DNA from: Acidimicrobiia bacterium
Lineage (GTDB): Bacteria > Actinomycetota > Acidimicrobiia > IMCC26256 > JACDBD01
Direction: 5' to 3'
DNA length: 64,000 nucleotides
Assembly: GCA_035316025.1 (NCBI GenBank)
Contig: DATFXL010000126.1
Coordinates: 10,642-74,641, forward strand
Part shown: positions 8,239 to 17,704 of the stretch, piece after piece
How the letters are laid out: every line of letters starts with the position of its first letter
How positions within the stretch are numbered: position 1 is the stretch's first letter
The notes under the pieces: model-generated
The model's database searches: none
What the model was told of the DNA's origin: nothing
What the model saw: the letters and a program-made list of their open reading frames with translations, nothing else
Made by a program: the position numbers and the translations under genes

Positions 8239-8802
8239 TCACTTGCCTCGAGCTTCGTTCAGCGCATTGAGCAGATCCTGGTAGGCCTGGTCAGAAGTCG
8301 AGCAACTGCCGCGGTTGCCATCGATCTGTTGATTCAGAGCATCGATACGGTCGTTGATGGTGCCTCCGTTCTGCACGACGTTGATCGCTTCGATCATCCC
8401 CTCGCGGAGACTGCCGCTGGAATCGGTGCACGATTTCAGGGTGTCTGCGGCCGAGGCCGCCTGCGTGAGCAGCCCTCTGAGCGTCCGTCCTGACCGCTGC
8501 GATGACCCGAGATCTGTCTGGGTGCTTTCCAGCTCCTTCTTCGTCGACGCCAGCTCCCGCTGGGCCTTTTCCTTGTCGTCGGCCTCGCTGTTCTTCCCCG
8601 TGAAGCTGATGATGGCGAAGACCAGCGCGCCCACGAAGAGCACTGCCGCGACGACGAACAGGACCAGCCAGATCCCACGTCCACTCTTCTTCTTGGGGGG
8701 CGCAGCGGCGGGCTGCGGAGCGGTCCACGGCGGACCGGACGGCGGACCCGGCGGTGGTGCAGGCGGGGGCCCGGGGGGCGGGCCCGGCGGCGTCGTACTC
8801 AT
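8239..8802 (-). CDS. hypothetical membrane-anchored protein with a Pro-rich N-terminus
   Basis: 187 aa. PPGPPPGPPPAPPPGPPSGPP tail, one TM helix (IWLVLFVVAAVLFVGALVFAIISF), then a polar and probably helical ectodomain. Confidence 0.55.
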   Translation of the reverse strand: MSTTPPGPPPGPPPAPPPGPPSGPPWTAPQPAAAPPKKKSGRGIWLVLFVVAAVLFVGALVFAIISFTGKNSEADDKEKAQRELASTKKELESTQTDLGSSQRSGRTLRGLLTQAASAADTLKSCTDSSGSLREGMIEAINVVQNGGTINDRIDALNQQIDGNRGSCSTSDQAYQDLLNALNEARGK

Positions 8803-8880
8803 GGACGTGCTCCTTCATTCGTGCATTCCTGCCGTGTGGTGCGCGGGGAGTTTCTCACGGCGCGATGGCGTCCGAACGCG

Positions 8881-9963
8881 ATGTCGACCGCCGGGTACGC
8901 TGCGGCGCAGCAGGGAGGACGAGGAGTGACGGACCTCAGCGATCCGATCGCACAGCCCGACGCCGGCACGCGTTCCCGACTCCTGCGGAACTGGCGCCAC
9001 GTGCTGCGGACGAGCAATCCGCCCGCCGGGCGCGTCGACCCCGTGTCGCGCTGGCTCGTGCTGACCCGCGCGTCGGTGCTGCCGATGACGATCACCGCCG
9101 CGGCGATCGCCGGACTGCTCGCTGCCTTCCACGACGAGAACGTGCGTTGGGGCTTGTTTGCCCTCGCGGCCGGTGGGTTGGTGCTCGCGCACGTCGCGAA
9201 CAACCTGATGAACGACCTCTTCGACCTCGAGGTCGGGACCGACTCCGACAGCTACCCGCGCGCGCTCTACGCCCCGCACCCGGTGCTGTCGGGGACGATC
9301 AGCCGTCGCGGGCTGTTGACGGCCGCGTTGGTCGTCAACATCGCCGACCTCGCGATCCTCGTCGTGCTGTTCTTGTTCCGAGGTTGGCCGATGGTGGCCT
9401 TCGCCCTGGGCGGGTTCCTGCTCTCGGTGGCGTACACCGCACCGCCCCTCCGGCTGAAGAAGCACGGTCTCGGCGAGCCGACGGTGCTCGTCGTTTGGGG
9501 ACCGTTGATGGTCGGGGGTACGTACTACGCCGCCTCTGGGCACTTGCCGATCGCGATCGTCGTGGCGTCGCTGCCGTACGCGCTGCTGTGCACCGCGGTG
9601 CTGATGGGCAAGCACATCGACAAGATCCCATGGGATGCGCCCGATGGAACGCACACGCTGCCGGTGCTGCTCGGCGAGGCCAAGGCACGCGCGCTCACGA
9701 AGGCGATGATGGTCTCCTTCTATGTCCTCGTCGTCCTGCTCATCGGCACGGGCACGTTCCCGATCCCAGCACTGATCGCCCTCCTCGCCCTCCAGAAGCT
9801 GGCCGCGGTGTGGGGGCCGTTCTCGCAGCCGAAGCCGGCCGAGCCGCCGGAGGGCTTCCCGATCTGGCCGCTGTGGTTCGCGGCGCTGGCGTTCGTCCAT
9901 ACGCGACGGGCCGGTGGACTCCTCGTGCTCGGCCTGATCCTGGGTGTCATCCTCGGCTGGTGA
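8881..9963 (+). CDS. UbiA-family prenyltransferase (MenA-like)
   Basis: 360 aa from ATG 8881 inside ORF 8821..9963. Polytopic, with Asp-rich UbiA motifs NNLMNDLFDLEVGTD and GKHIDKIPWD. Confidence 0.7.
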   Translation: MSTAGYAAAQQGGRGVTDLSDPIAQPDAGTRSRLLRNWRHVLRTSNPPAGRVDPVSRWLVLTRASVLPMTITAAAIAGLLAAFHDENVRWGLFALAAGGLVLAHVANNLMNDLFDLEVGTDSDSYPRALYAPHPVLSGTISRRGLLTAALVVNIADLAILVVLFLFRGWPMVAFALGGFLLSVAYTAPPLRLKKHGLGEPTVLVVWGPLMVGGTYYAASGHLPIAIVVASLPYALLCTAVLMGKHIDKIPWDAPDGTHTLPVLLGEAKARALTKAMMVSFYVLVVLLIGTGTFPIPALIALLALQKLAAVWGPFSQPKPAEPPEGFPIWPLWFAALAFVHTRRAGGLLVLGLILGVILGW

Positions 9964-9998
9964 GCGCGGCGAACGTGAACTGAACTTCGGGGGGAACG

Positions 9999-11639
9999 AT
10001 GCTCGAAAGCACGATGCAGGACTTCCCGCTCACCATCGGGATGATCTTCAGGCACGGCGCAACGGTTCACAGCGACAGCGAGGTCGTGACGTTCGAGGGC
10101 GATGGCTCCCGCCGTGCGACGTTCGCCGACGTCGCCCAGCGCGCGAAGCGCCTCGCCGCCGCGCTCCAGCGCCTCGGGATCCGGAACGGGGATCGCGTCG
10201 GCACGTTCCAGTGGAACACACAGGAGCACCTCGAGGCTTACCTCGCCGTGCCGACGATGGGCGCGGTTCTGCACACGTTGAACATCCGGCTCTTCCCGGA
10301 TCAGCTCACCTATGTCGTGAATCATGCCGAGGACCGCGTGGTCCTCGTGGACGACTCGCTCGTCCCGTTGCTGGCCAAGGTCGCGCCCGATCTGAAGACG
10401 GTGGAGCGCTACGTCGTCGTCGGGTCCGGTGATGCCACCCCGCTCTCGGAAGCAGCTGCCGGCGCCGAGGTGCTCCGGTACGACGAGTTGCTCGCGTCCG
10501 AGATCGGTGTCTTCGACTGGCCCGACGTCGACGAACGCGCCGCCGCCGCCATGTGTTACACGAGCGGCACGACCGGGAGCCCGAAAGGCGTCGTCTATTC
10601 GCACCGGTCCACGGTGCTGCATTCGATGGGCGTCAATGCCGCCACCGCCGTCGGTCTGACCGAGAACGACCGGGTGCTGCCGGTCGTCCCGATGTTCCAC
10701 GCCAACGCGTGGGGCCTGCCGTATGCGGCGTGGCTCGCGGGCGCGAGCTTCGTGATGCCGGGTCGGTTCCTCCAGGCCGAGCTGCTGGCGAACCTCATCG
10801 AAGCCGAGCGACCCACGGTCGCGGGCGCGGTACCGACGATCTGGTCCGACCTGCACCGCTACGCGGCCGAGCACCCGGTCGACCTGAGCTCATTCCGGGT
10901 CGTTCTCTGCGGGGGGTCGGCCGTGCCGCGTTCGTTGATGGAGCGCTTCGAACAGGACCACGGCGTGCACATCGTCCAGGGCTGGGGCATGACCGAGACG
11001 AGCCCGCTCGCGGCGCTGGCGCGCTCGCCTCGTGGCGTCGAGTCCGGAAGCAAGGAGGAGATGGACTGGCGCGAGAAGGCGGGTCGCGTGCTCGGTGGCG
11101 TCGAGTTGCGCATCGTCGACGACGCCGGGACGTCGCTGCAGTGGGACGGCGCGGCCGTGGGGGAGATCGAGGTGCGGGGTCCGTGGGTCACCGGCAGCTA
11201 CTACCGCGATCCGGCAACCGACAAGTTCGACCATGGTTGGTTGCGCACCGGCGACGTCGGTTGCGTCGACGAGAACGGGTTCATCGAGATCACCGATCGG
11301 GCCAAGGACGTCATCAAGTCGGGCGGGGAATGGATCTCGACCGTCGAGCTCGAGAACCAACTGATGGGGCATCCCGATGTGGTCGAGGCGGCGGTGATTG
11401 GCGTACCCGACCCGAAGTGGCAGGAGCGGCCGCTGGCGTGCGTCGTGTGCGCCGAGGGCACCGCTGTCACCGCCGGCGACCTCCACGCGTTCCTCGCCGA
11501 CAAGGTCGCCAAGTGGCAGTTGCCCGAGCGGTGGGCGTTCATCGACGAGGTGCCGAAGACCAGCGTCGGCAAGTTCGACAAGAAGGTGCTGCGGGCCCGC
11601 CACGCCGATCGCGAGCTTGCCGTCGAAGAGCTCGGCTAG
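9999..11639 (+). CDS. fatty-acid--CoA ligase (AMP-binding family)
   Basis: 546 aa. AMP-binding signature MCYTSGTTGSPKGVVYSHR, GWGMTET, and TGDVGCVDENGFIEITDRAKDVIKSGGEWIS. Confidence 0.85.
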   Translation: MLESTMQDFPLTIGMIFRHGATVHSDSEVVTFEGDGSRRATFADVAQRAKRLAAALQRLGIRNGDRVGTFQWNTQEHLEAYLAVPTMGAVLHTLNIRLFPDQLTYVVNHAEDRVVLVDDSLVPLLAKVAPDLKTVERYVVVGSGDATPLSEAAAGAEVLRYDELLASEIGVFDWPDVDERAAAAMCYTSGTTGSPKGVVYSHRSTVLHSMGVNAATAVGLTENDRVLPVVPMFHANAWGLPYAAWLAGASFVMPGRFLQAELLANLIEAERPTVAGAVPTIWSDLHRYAAEHPVDLSSFRVVLCGGSAVPRSLMERFEQDHGVHIVQGWGMTETSPLAALARSPRGVESGSKEEMDWREKAGRVLGGVELRIVDDAGTSLQWDGAAVGEIEVRGPWVTGSYYRDPATDKFDHGWLRTGDVGCVDENGFIEITDRAKDVIKSGGEWISTVELENQLMGHPDVVEAAVIGVPDPKWQERPLACVVCAEGTAVTAGDLHAFLADKVAKWQLPERWAFIDEVPKTSVGKFDKKVLRARHADRELAVEELG

Positions 11640-11688
11640 ATCAACGATGCGTTCCTCACCTTCGGTCTTGCACGACGGCGTGAACTGA

Positions 11689-12201
11689 ATGACCGCGCTG
11701 CAGGGCGCAATGGTGCGGCTGCGTCCGGTCGTCGATACCGACGTGGCGGAGCTGGTGCGGATCCGCGCCACACCCGAGGTGCACGAGCACTGGCGCGGCG
11801 GTGACGACATGGTCGCCGCGGTGAGGAAGGATCTCGCCGAGCCCGACAGCACGCCCTACGTGATCGAGCTCGACGAGCGCGTCGTCGGATGGATCCAGTG
11901 GCAGGCGGAGGAGGAGCCCGACTACCGGCACGCCAACATGGACATCTACCTCGACCCCGCCGTTCGCGGCCGCGGTGTGGGCGTCGACGCCCTCCGCACG
12001 TTGGCGCGCCACCTGGTCGTCGACCACGGGCACCACCGGCTCGAGATCGATCCTGCCGTCGACAACGCCGCTGCCATCCGCTGCTACAGCAAGGTCGGGT
12101 TCCGGCCCGTCGGTGTCCTGCGCCGGGCCGAGCGCGGCAACGACGGCACCTGGCACGACAGCCTGCTCATGGACCTGCTCGCCGAGGAACTCACCGAGTA
12201 G
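11689..12201 (+). CDS. GNAT family N-acetyltransferase
   Basis: 170 aa. Acetyl-CoA binding motif A YLDPAVRGRGVGVDALRTL, with an AAC(6')-like layout. Confidence 0.75.
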   Translation: MTALQGAMVRLRPVVDTDVAELVRIRATPEVHEHWRGGDDMVAAVRKDLAEPDSTPYVIELDERVVGWIQWQAEEEPDYRHANMDIYLDPAVRGRGVGVDALRTLARHLVVDHGHHRLEIDPAVDNAAAIRCYSKVGFRPVGVLRRAERGNDGTWHDSLLMDLLAEELTE

Positions 12202-12214
12202 GCGGACAGCGCAC

Positions 12215-12955
12215 GTGGATCCGGACGACGTCACCTACTACCGGGACGACCTGGCCCTCGTTCACCACCTCGGCTTCGGCTTCCACGCCGATCTGTGCGC
12301 ACCCGGGCTCATCGACCTGCTGCGGCCGGTGCGGGAGCACGACGGCCTGGTCGTCGAGATCGGTTGCGGGAGCGGCCTGCTCACCCGGCACCTCGTGGAC
12401 GCCGGTCACCGCGTCGTCGCGACCGACGCGTCGCCCGCCATGCTCGACCTCGCGCGCGACGTGGCCCCCGACGCCGAGGATGTCCGCCGGCTCGTGCTCC
12501 CCGACGACCCGCTTCCCGCCGCCGACGCCGTTGTCGGCGTGGGCCACGCGCTGAGCTACCTGCCCGACGAGGCCGCGATCGAACGTGCCCTGGTCGCCGT
12601 CGCGCAGGCCTTGCGGCCCGACGGGGTGCTGGCCGTCGACATCTGCGACCTCGAATGGGGAGCGGCGCGCCGGGACTGGTCGACGTCCGGGCGTGTCGGC
12701 GACGACTGGGCGATCATCACGGAGTACTCGATCCCCACTCCCCGTCGCTTCGTCCGCGACATGACCGTCTTCGTACGCAACGACGACCGGTCGTGGCGCC
12801 GCGACCGCGAGCACCACGACAACGTCCTGATCGACACCGGCGGCGTCCCGGCCCTCCTCGCTCCGTACGGCCTCGAGGTCCGTGTCCAGCCGTCCTTCGG
12901 CGGGGAGGAGCTCCCCGTGGGGCTCGTCGCGCTCGTGGGTCGACGCGGTTCGTAA
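12215..12955 (+). CDS. class I SAM-dependent methyltransferase
   Basis: 246 aa from GTG 12215, the C-terminal part of ORF 11975..12955. Motif I VVEIGCGSGLLT. Confidence 0.7.
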   Translation: MDPDDVTYYRDDLALVHHLGFGFHADLCAPGLIDLLRPVREHDGLVVEIGCGSGLLTRHLVDAGHRVVATDASPAMLDLARDVAPDAEDVRRLVLPDDPLPAADAVVGVGHALSYLPDEAAIERALVAVAQALRPDGVLAVDICDLEWGAARRDWSTSGRVGDDWAIITEYSIPTPRRFVRDMTVFVRNDDRSWRRDREHHDNVLIDTGGVPALLAPYGLEVRVQPSFGGEELPVGLVALVGRRGS

Positions 12956-12963
12956 GGTCGGAA

Positions 12964-12990
12964 TGTCGAGAACGGTCGACCTGCTTCGAC
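12964..12990 (+). promoter_or_regulatory. candidate ECF-type promoter (TGTCGA - 17 nt - CGAC) upstream of yciI-sigma
   Basis: tgtcga at 12964-12969 and cgac at 12987-12990, about 50 nt upstream of the GTG of the YciI gene. TCGA recurs at about 10-11 nt phasing (12966, 12977, 12987). The assignment rests on my recollection of a TGTCGA -35 element for ECF42 targets. Confidence 0.35.
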
Positions 12991-13042
12991 CTACCCGATG
13001 AGAGACGCCCACGGCGGGCGTCGAACCGTGAGGAGTGCCGAC

Positions 13043-13405
13043 GTGAAGTACATCCTGCTCATCTACCAGAACCCGGCGGCGTGGGAGAACCTCTCCGAAG
13101 AGGAGCGGAATCGCGTGTTCGGCGAGGTCGACTCGCTCATGGCGGAGCTCACGCGGTCCGGCGAATGGATCGGCGGGGAAGGTCTGGCGGACGCCTCGCA
13201 GACGAAGACCGTCCGCGTGCGGGACGGCGTTCCCGCCGTCACGGACGGACCGTTCATCGAGTCCAAGGAGCAGCTGGCCGGCTACTGCATCGTCGAGTGC
13301 GAGACGCCCGAGCGCGCCACCGAGATCGCAGCCCGATGGCCCGACGCGCGGTACTGGGCGATGGAGGTGCGGGCGATCATGGAGCCGGCGGGCGAAGAGA
13401 TGTGA
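13043..13405 (+). CDS. YciI / DGPF-domain family protein
   Basis: 120 aa from GTG 13043, with SD gaggag 7 nt upstream. VKYILLIYQ... and VTDGPFIESKEQLAGYCIVEC (DGPF motif). Confidence 0.75.
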   Translation: MKYILLIYQNPAAWENLSEEERNRVFGEVDSLMAELTRSGEWIGGEGLADASQTKTVRVRDGVPAVTDGPFIESKEQLAGYCIVECETPERATEIAARWPDARYWAMEVRAIMEPAGEEM

Positions 13406-14628
13406 ACGCGCCGCCCGGCATCGAGGACGTCCTCCGGGAGCTCGCTCCGCAGGTGCTCGGCCCGCTCGTCCGCCGCTTCGGGCACTTCGATGCGTGCGAG
13501 GACGCGGTGCAGGAGGCGCTGATCGCCGCAACCGTGCAGTGGCCCGCCGAGGGCGTGCCTCACAACCCGCGGGGATGGTTGGTGACCGTTGCCTCCCGCC
13601 GTGTGACCGATCAGCTGCGCAGCGACGAGGCCCGCCGGCGACGCGAGAGCACCACCGCCATGCTCGCCCTGCCCGGCGACGCGATCGCACCCGATCGCGA
13701 CGACACCTTGACGCTCCTTTTCCTCTGCTGCCATCCCGCGCTCTCGCCACCGTCTCAGCTCGCGCTCACCCTGCGCGCCGTCGGTGGACTCACCACCGCA
13801 CAGATCGCGAGCGCGTTCCTCGTGCCGGAGACGACGATGGCGCAGCGCATCAGCCGGGCGAAGCAGCGGATCAAGGGGAGCGGCGCCCGGTTCGAGCCGC
13901 CGGCGGAGGGGGAGCGGGCCGAGCGGCTGGGCGTGGTCCTGCACGTGCTGTACCTCGTCTTCAACGAGGGCTACACCGCGACGTCCGGGCCGCATCTGCA
14001 GCGCACCGACCTGACCGCCGAGGCGATCCGCTTGACCCGGGTCGTTCACCGGCTCCTCCCCGACGACGGCGAGGTCGCCGGGCTGCTGGCGTTGATGCTC
14101 CTGACCGATGCCCGCCGCCCGGCGCGCACGCGGCCTGACGGCTCGCTCGTCCCGCTGGAGGAACAGGACCGGAGCCGCTGGGACCAGGACGCCATCAAGG
14201 AGGGCGTGGTCCTGGTCACCGACGCGCTGGCCCGGGCACCGATCGGCCCGTACCAGCTCCAGGCCGCGATCGCCGCCGTCCACGACGAGGCCGCAGCCGC
14301 CGCTGACACCGACTGGCGGCAGATCCTCGGGCTGTACGACCTCCTCGAACGGCTGGCGCCGAACCCGATGGTCACGCTGAACCGCGCCGTCGCCGTTGCG
14401 ATGGTGGAAGGCCCCGCCGCCGCGCTCGACCTTCTGGCGACGCTCGACGCCGACCAGCGGGTGGTGCAGCACTACCGCCTCGCCGCCGTGCGCGCCCACC
14501 TCTTGGAGATGACGGGGGACCGCGCCGGCGCGCGGGCCGGTTACCACGAGGCCGCTCGGCGGACGACGAGCATCCCCGAGCGGCGCTACCTCGAGTCACG
14601 GGCCGACCGGTTGCGCGGCGCTCGCTAG
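13402..14628 (+). CDS. ECF sigma factor with a long C-terminal TPR-like extension (ECF42-like)
   Basis: 408 aa from GTG 13402, overlapping the yciI stop (atGTGa). Sigma-2 (FDACEDAVQEALIAA...PRGWLVTVASRR) and sigma-4 (LALTLRAVGGLTTAQIASAFLVPETTMAQRISRAKQRI), followed by about 230 aa of helical extension. Confidence 0.8.
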   Translation: MNAPPGIEDVLRELAPQVLGPLVRRFGHFDACEDAVQEALIAATVQWPAEGVPHNPRGWLVTVASRRVTDQLRSDEARRRRESTTAMLALPGDAIAPDRDDTLTLLFLCCHPALSPPSQLALTLRAVGGLTTAQIASAFLVPETTMAQRISRAKQRIKGSGARFEPPAEGERAERLGVVLHVLYLVFNEGYTATSGPHLQRTDLTAEAIRLTRVVHRLLPDDGEVAGLLALMLLTDARRPARTRPDGSLVPLEEQDRSRWDQDAIKEGVVLVTDALARAPIGPYQLQAAIAAVHDEAAAAADTDWRQILGLYDLLERLAPNPMVTLNRAVAVAMVEGPAAALDLLATLDADQRVVQHYRLAAVRAHLLEMTGDRAGARAGYHEAARRTTSIPERRYLESRADRLRGAR

Positions 14629-14637
14629 ATTGCCCAC

Positions 14638-15009
14638 ATGGATTGGCGCCTCGAGCTCGTGCAGATACCGGTGTCGGACGTGGACCGCGCCAAGGCCTTC
14701 TACACCGAGAAGGCGGGGTTCAACGCCGACCACGACCACCAGGTGAGCGACGAGCTCCGCTTCGTGCAGCTGACCCCGCCGGGGTCGCCCACGTCGATCG
14801 CCCTCGGGAGCGGCATGAGTGACATGGCGCCTGGTTCGGTGCGGGGTCTGCAGATCGTCGTGCCCGACGTCGAGGCGGCGCGCGCCGAGCTCGTCGAGCG
14901 CGGGGTCGACGTCGGCGAGGTCCAGCACTTCCCGTGGGGCTCGTTCGTGTTCTTCAACGATCCCGACGGCAACGGCTGGGCGGTGCAGCAGATCCCTCAG
15001 CGCGATTAG
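14638..15009 (+). CDS. VOC (glyoxalase/bleomycin resistance/dioxygenase) family protein
   Basis: 123 aa. VSDVDRAKAFY...FNDPDGNGW pattern. Confidence 0.8.
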   Translation: MDWRLELVQIPVSDVDRAKAFYTEKAGFNADHDHQVSDELRFVQLTPPGSPTSIALGSGMSDMAPGSVRGLQIVVPDVEAARAELVERGVDVGEVQHFPWGSFVFFNDPDGNGWAVQQIPQRD

Positions 15010-15055
15010 CGCGGATTCGGGGCTCCTCGAGCTGGACCGAGCACGACGTGCCGCG

Positions 15056-16660
15056 TTAGAGCGACCAGCGCCCACATCTCGTCGGTCGCGCGTTGGCTCC
15101 CGCCAAGACCGGCGGCTGGTCTGCCTCTTTCGGAGGACCGGTGCGGAGGTTGAGCGCGACGAGCGCGGTGGCGGCGATCAGCGCGGCGATGACGAAGAGA
15201 GCAGCCCTGAGGCCGTCCGCCGTCGCTGTTCTTAGCTCTTCGCCGGAGAGCCCGTCGGTGTTCGCGTTGGCTACGAGGACGAGGACGGCGAGTCCGACAG
15301 CTGCACCGACCGATGTGCTCGTCGAGGCGATGCCCGACGCGACGCCCTGTTCGCCGCTCGCAACGCCCGTCCCCGCGGCGATGAACATTGCGGTGAAGAC
15401 GATGCCGTCGCCGACGCTGATCGCGATCAGCCCAGGGATCAGCGCGTGGTAGGAGCCGTCGGCGGACATCGCGAGGCCGAGGCCCAGTGCCCCCACCGCT
15501 CCGACGGCGAGCGCGGCGATCAGCGTGGACCTCAGGCCGAATCGTGTCGTCAGCCGGCCGGCGAGCGCCGAGCCGGCGACCACGACGGTGGTCGGCAGGA
15601 GAAAGCCGAACCCGGTTTCGAGCGCATCGTAGCCGTGCACCTCCTGGAGGTAGATCGTGAGGAAGAAGAGAACCGAGCCGAACGTCGCCCAGAACAGGAA
15701 GGCGATTCCGACCGCGGTCCCGAGATTGCGGTTCGCGAGGAGGCGCGGCGACACGAGAGGGTCGTAGCTGTGCCGCTCGATGATGGCGAACGCGGCAAGG
15801 AGCGCGAGACCGGTTGTGGCGCTGGCCAGGACGACGGGCGAAGCCCAACCAAGGTTCGGGCCCTCGATGAGCGCGAACACGGACAGGGTGAGCCCCAGCG
15901 TGACGCTGACCGCGCCGGGAAGATCGAGTCTGCGTCCGGGCTGGCGCCCGGCGTCGGCGGGGATGAGGGCGAAGGCCAGCAGCACGGCCACGCCCGCCAG
16001 CGGCACGTTGACGAAGAACACGGCTTCCCAGCCGAATGTTCGGGTGAGGACGCCGCCGAGCAGGACTCCGACGACGAGCCCGGCTGCGCCGGCGGCGCCC
16101 CACACCGCTACCGCGCGGTTGCGCTCGCGGCCCTCGGCGAACGTGGTGTTGACGAGTGAGAGCGTGGCAGGGAAGACGAGTGCCCCTCCGAGCCCTTGGA
16201 GAGCGCGGGCCACCAGCAAGAGCGCCGGTGCCGGTGCGAGCCCACCCGCCAGTGAGGCGCCGGCGTAAAGCGCGAGGCCGGCGACGAAGATGCGACGCCG
16301 ACCGAGCAGGTCGGCGGCGCGACCACCGAGCAAGAGAAAGCCCGCCGACGCTACCGCGTACGCGCTGATCACGGCCTGCAGCGTCTGATCCGAGAACCCC
16401 AGGTCGCGTCCGATGTCGGGCAGCGCCACGACGACGATGTACTGATCGAGCGAGACGATCAGCATGGCGAACGCCAGGAGGGCCAGGGTCGCCATTCGGT
16501 GGCGCGAACTCAGCCTCTCGGTCCCGGGCGATTCACCGGGGCGGAGGTTTGCTCCGGGCGAGCGCGCGTCATCCAACGGAGTCGCGGTCGTGGCGTCGAC
16601 GGCGATCGGATCCGCGGATCTCCGGTCGTTCCTTCCCATCGCCCAAGCGACGAACGGCAC
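15056..16660 (-). CDS. MFS transporter, DHA2 (14-TM, EmrB/QacA-like) family
   Basis: 534 aa. [21 protein letters not shown]-terminal motif and [12 protein letters not shown] motif A. The start may be further downstream (MATLALL). Confidence 0.8.
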   Translation of the reverse strand: MPFVAWAMGRNDRRSADPIAVDATTATPLDDARSPGANLRPGESPGTERLSSRHRMATLALLAFAMLIVSLDQYIVVVALPDIGRDLGFSDQTLQAVISAYAVASAGFLLLGGRAADLLGRRRIFVAGLALYAGASLAGGLAPAPALLLVARALQGLGGALVFPATLSLVNTTFAEGRERNRAVAVWGAAGAAGLVVGVLLGGVLTRTFGWEAVFFVNVPLAGVAVLLAFALIPADAGRQPGRRLDLPGAVSVTLGLTLSVFALIEGPNLGWASPVVLASATTGLALLAAFAIIERHSYDPLVSPRLLANRNLGTAVGIAFLFWATFGSVLFFLTIYLQEVHGYDALETGFGFLLPTTVVVAGSALAGRLTTRFGLRSTLIAALAVGAVGALGLGLAMSADGSYHALIPGLIAISVGDGIVFTAMFIAAGTGVASGEQGVASGIASTSTSVGAAVGLAVLVLVANANTDGLSGEELRTATADGLRAALFVIAALIAATALVALNLRTGPPKEADQPPVLAGANARPTRCGRWSL

Positions 16661-16734
16661 ATCGCGGAATCGACCGCTCTCCGCCCGAACCTCCAGTCAG
16701 GCCGCGATGTCGCCCGGCGGCGCCCCGGGCGGGC

Positions 16735-17634
16735 TCATGTCTGCAGGGGGAGGATCTCGCGCGCGGCGTCGTCGAGCTCGGCCGCCCACGACGGCGGATC
16801 GTGCGCAGGCACCAGGACCAGCTTCGAGAAGCCGTGCTCGAGGAACTGCTCGAGGCGGCCCCGGACCGCCGGCCACCCCACGGGGACGAGGTCGCCGGGG
16901 TCGACGTCGGGCCGGCGCGCCTTGATCCCGGCGGCGAGCAGCTCAGGGATCTTGTCGCGCACGTAGATCACGAGCGCGCCGTAGTGCTCGTCCTCGATCT
17001 CACGACCGGCCTCTGCCGCCGCCTCCTCGACGACGACGCGCCCGGCCGCCACCTCCGCCGGCGTCGAGAAGCTCGGGAGCCAGCCGTCGCCGAGCCGCCC
17101 CACCCGCCGCAGCTCGCTCTTGGCCCGACCGCCCAGCCACACGTCGGGCGGCTGCTGCACCGGCTTGGGCCGCACCGACAGGCCCCGGTACGAGAAGCGC
17201 GGGCCGTCGTGGTCGATATGGTCCTCGACCCACAGCCGGCGCACGAGGGGGAGCGCCTCGTCGAACCACGCCGCCCGCTCCTCCCGGGCGACGCCGAACG
17301 CCTGCTGCTCGGCGGGGTTGGCGACGCCGAGCCCGAACGCGGGCAGCGCGCGACCGCCCGACAGGCGGTCGAGGCTCGCCCACTCCTTGGCGACCACGGC
17401 CGGGTTGCGTCCCGGCAGAACCTGCACACTCGTGCCGAGCTTGAGCCTGCGGCTGCGTCCCGCCGCATACGCGAGGCCGACCACGGGATCGGGCGCGTCG
17501 CCCGTGAGGCGTTCCGAGAGCCAGAGCGAGTCGAAGCCCCGACCTTCGAGGCCGTCGACGAGCTCGCCGAAGCGAGCGTCGTCGCGCAGGCCCTGCACAC
17601 CGAGCCCGTACCCGATACGGACCTTCACGGCCAC
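16735..17634 (-). CDS. LLM-class F420/flavin-dependent oxidoreductase
   Basis: 299 aa. Luciferase-like TIM-barrel pattern FDSLWLSERL...LKLGTSVQVLPGRNPAVVAKEWASLDRLSGGR. Confidence 0.8.
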   Translation of the reverse strand: MAVKVRIGYGLGVQGLRDDARFGELVDGLEGRGFDSLWLSERLTGDAPDPVVGLAYAAGRSRRLKLGTSVQVLPGRNPAVVAKEWASLDRLSGGRALPAFGLGVANPAEQQAFGVAREERAAWFDEALPLVRRLWVEDHIDHDGPRFSYRGLSVRPKPVQQPPDVWLGGRAKSELRRVGRLGDGWLPSFSTPAEVAAGRVVVEEAAAEAGREIEDEHYGALVIYVRDKIPELLAAGIKARRPDVDPGDLVPVGWPAVRGRLEQFLEHGFSKLVLVPAHDPPSWAAELDDAAREILPLQT

Positions 17635-17704
17635 CCCACGCCGCGCTCCGTCGTCACGAAAATCCGCTCATGGGCTGGGTTCTGGTGACAACGCAGCGGG
17701 TGGG

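Noticed and set aside
8700-8790. Repetitive CCN/GGN codon runs as tandem repeats or a CRISPR-like array (also 52907..53060 and 25060..25110)
   Set aside because: They lie inside open reading frames and encode Pro/Gly/Ala-rich low-complexity linkers. There is no repeat-spacer periodicity.
12295-13401. N-terminal 369 codons of the 777-aa ORF containing the sigma factor
   Set aside because: The translation is an Arg/Pro-rich string. It overlaps the methyltransferase and YciI genes in other frames. The sigma-2 region begins right after GTG 13402, which overlaps the yciI stop.
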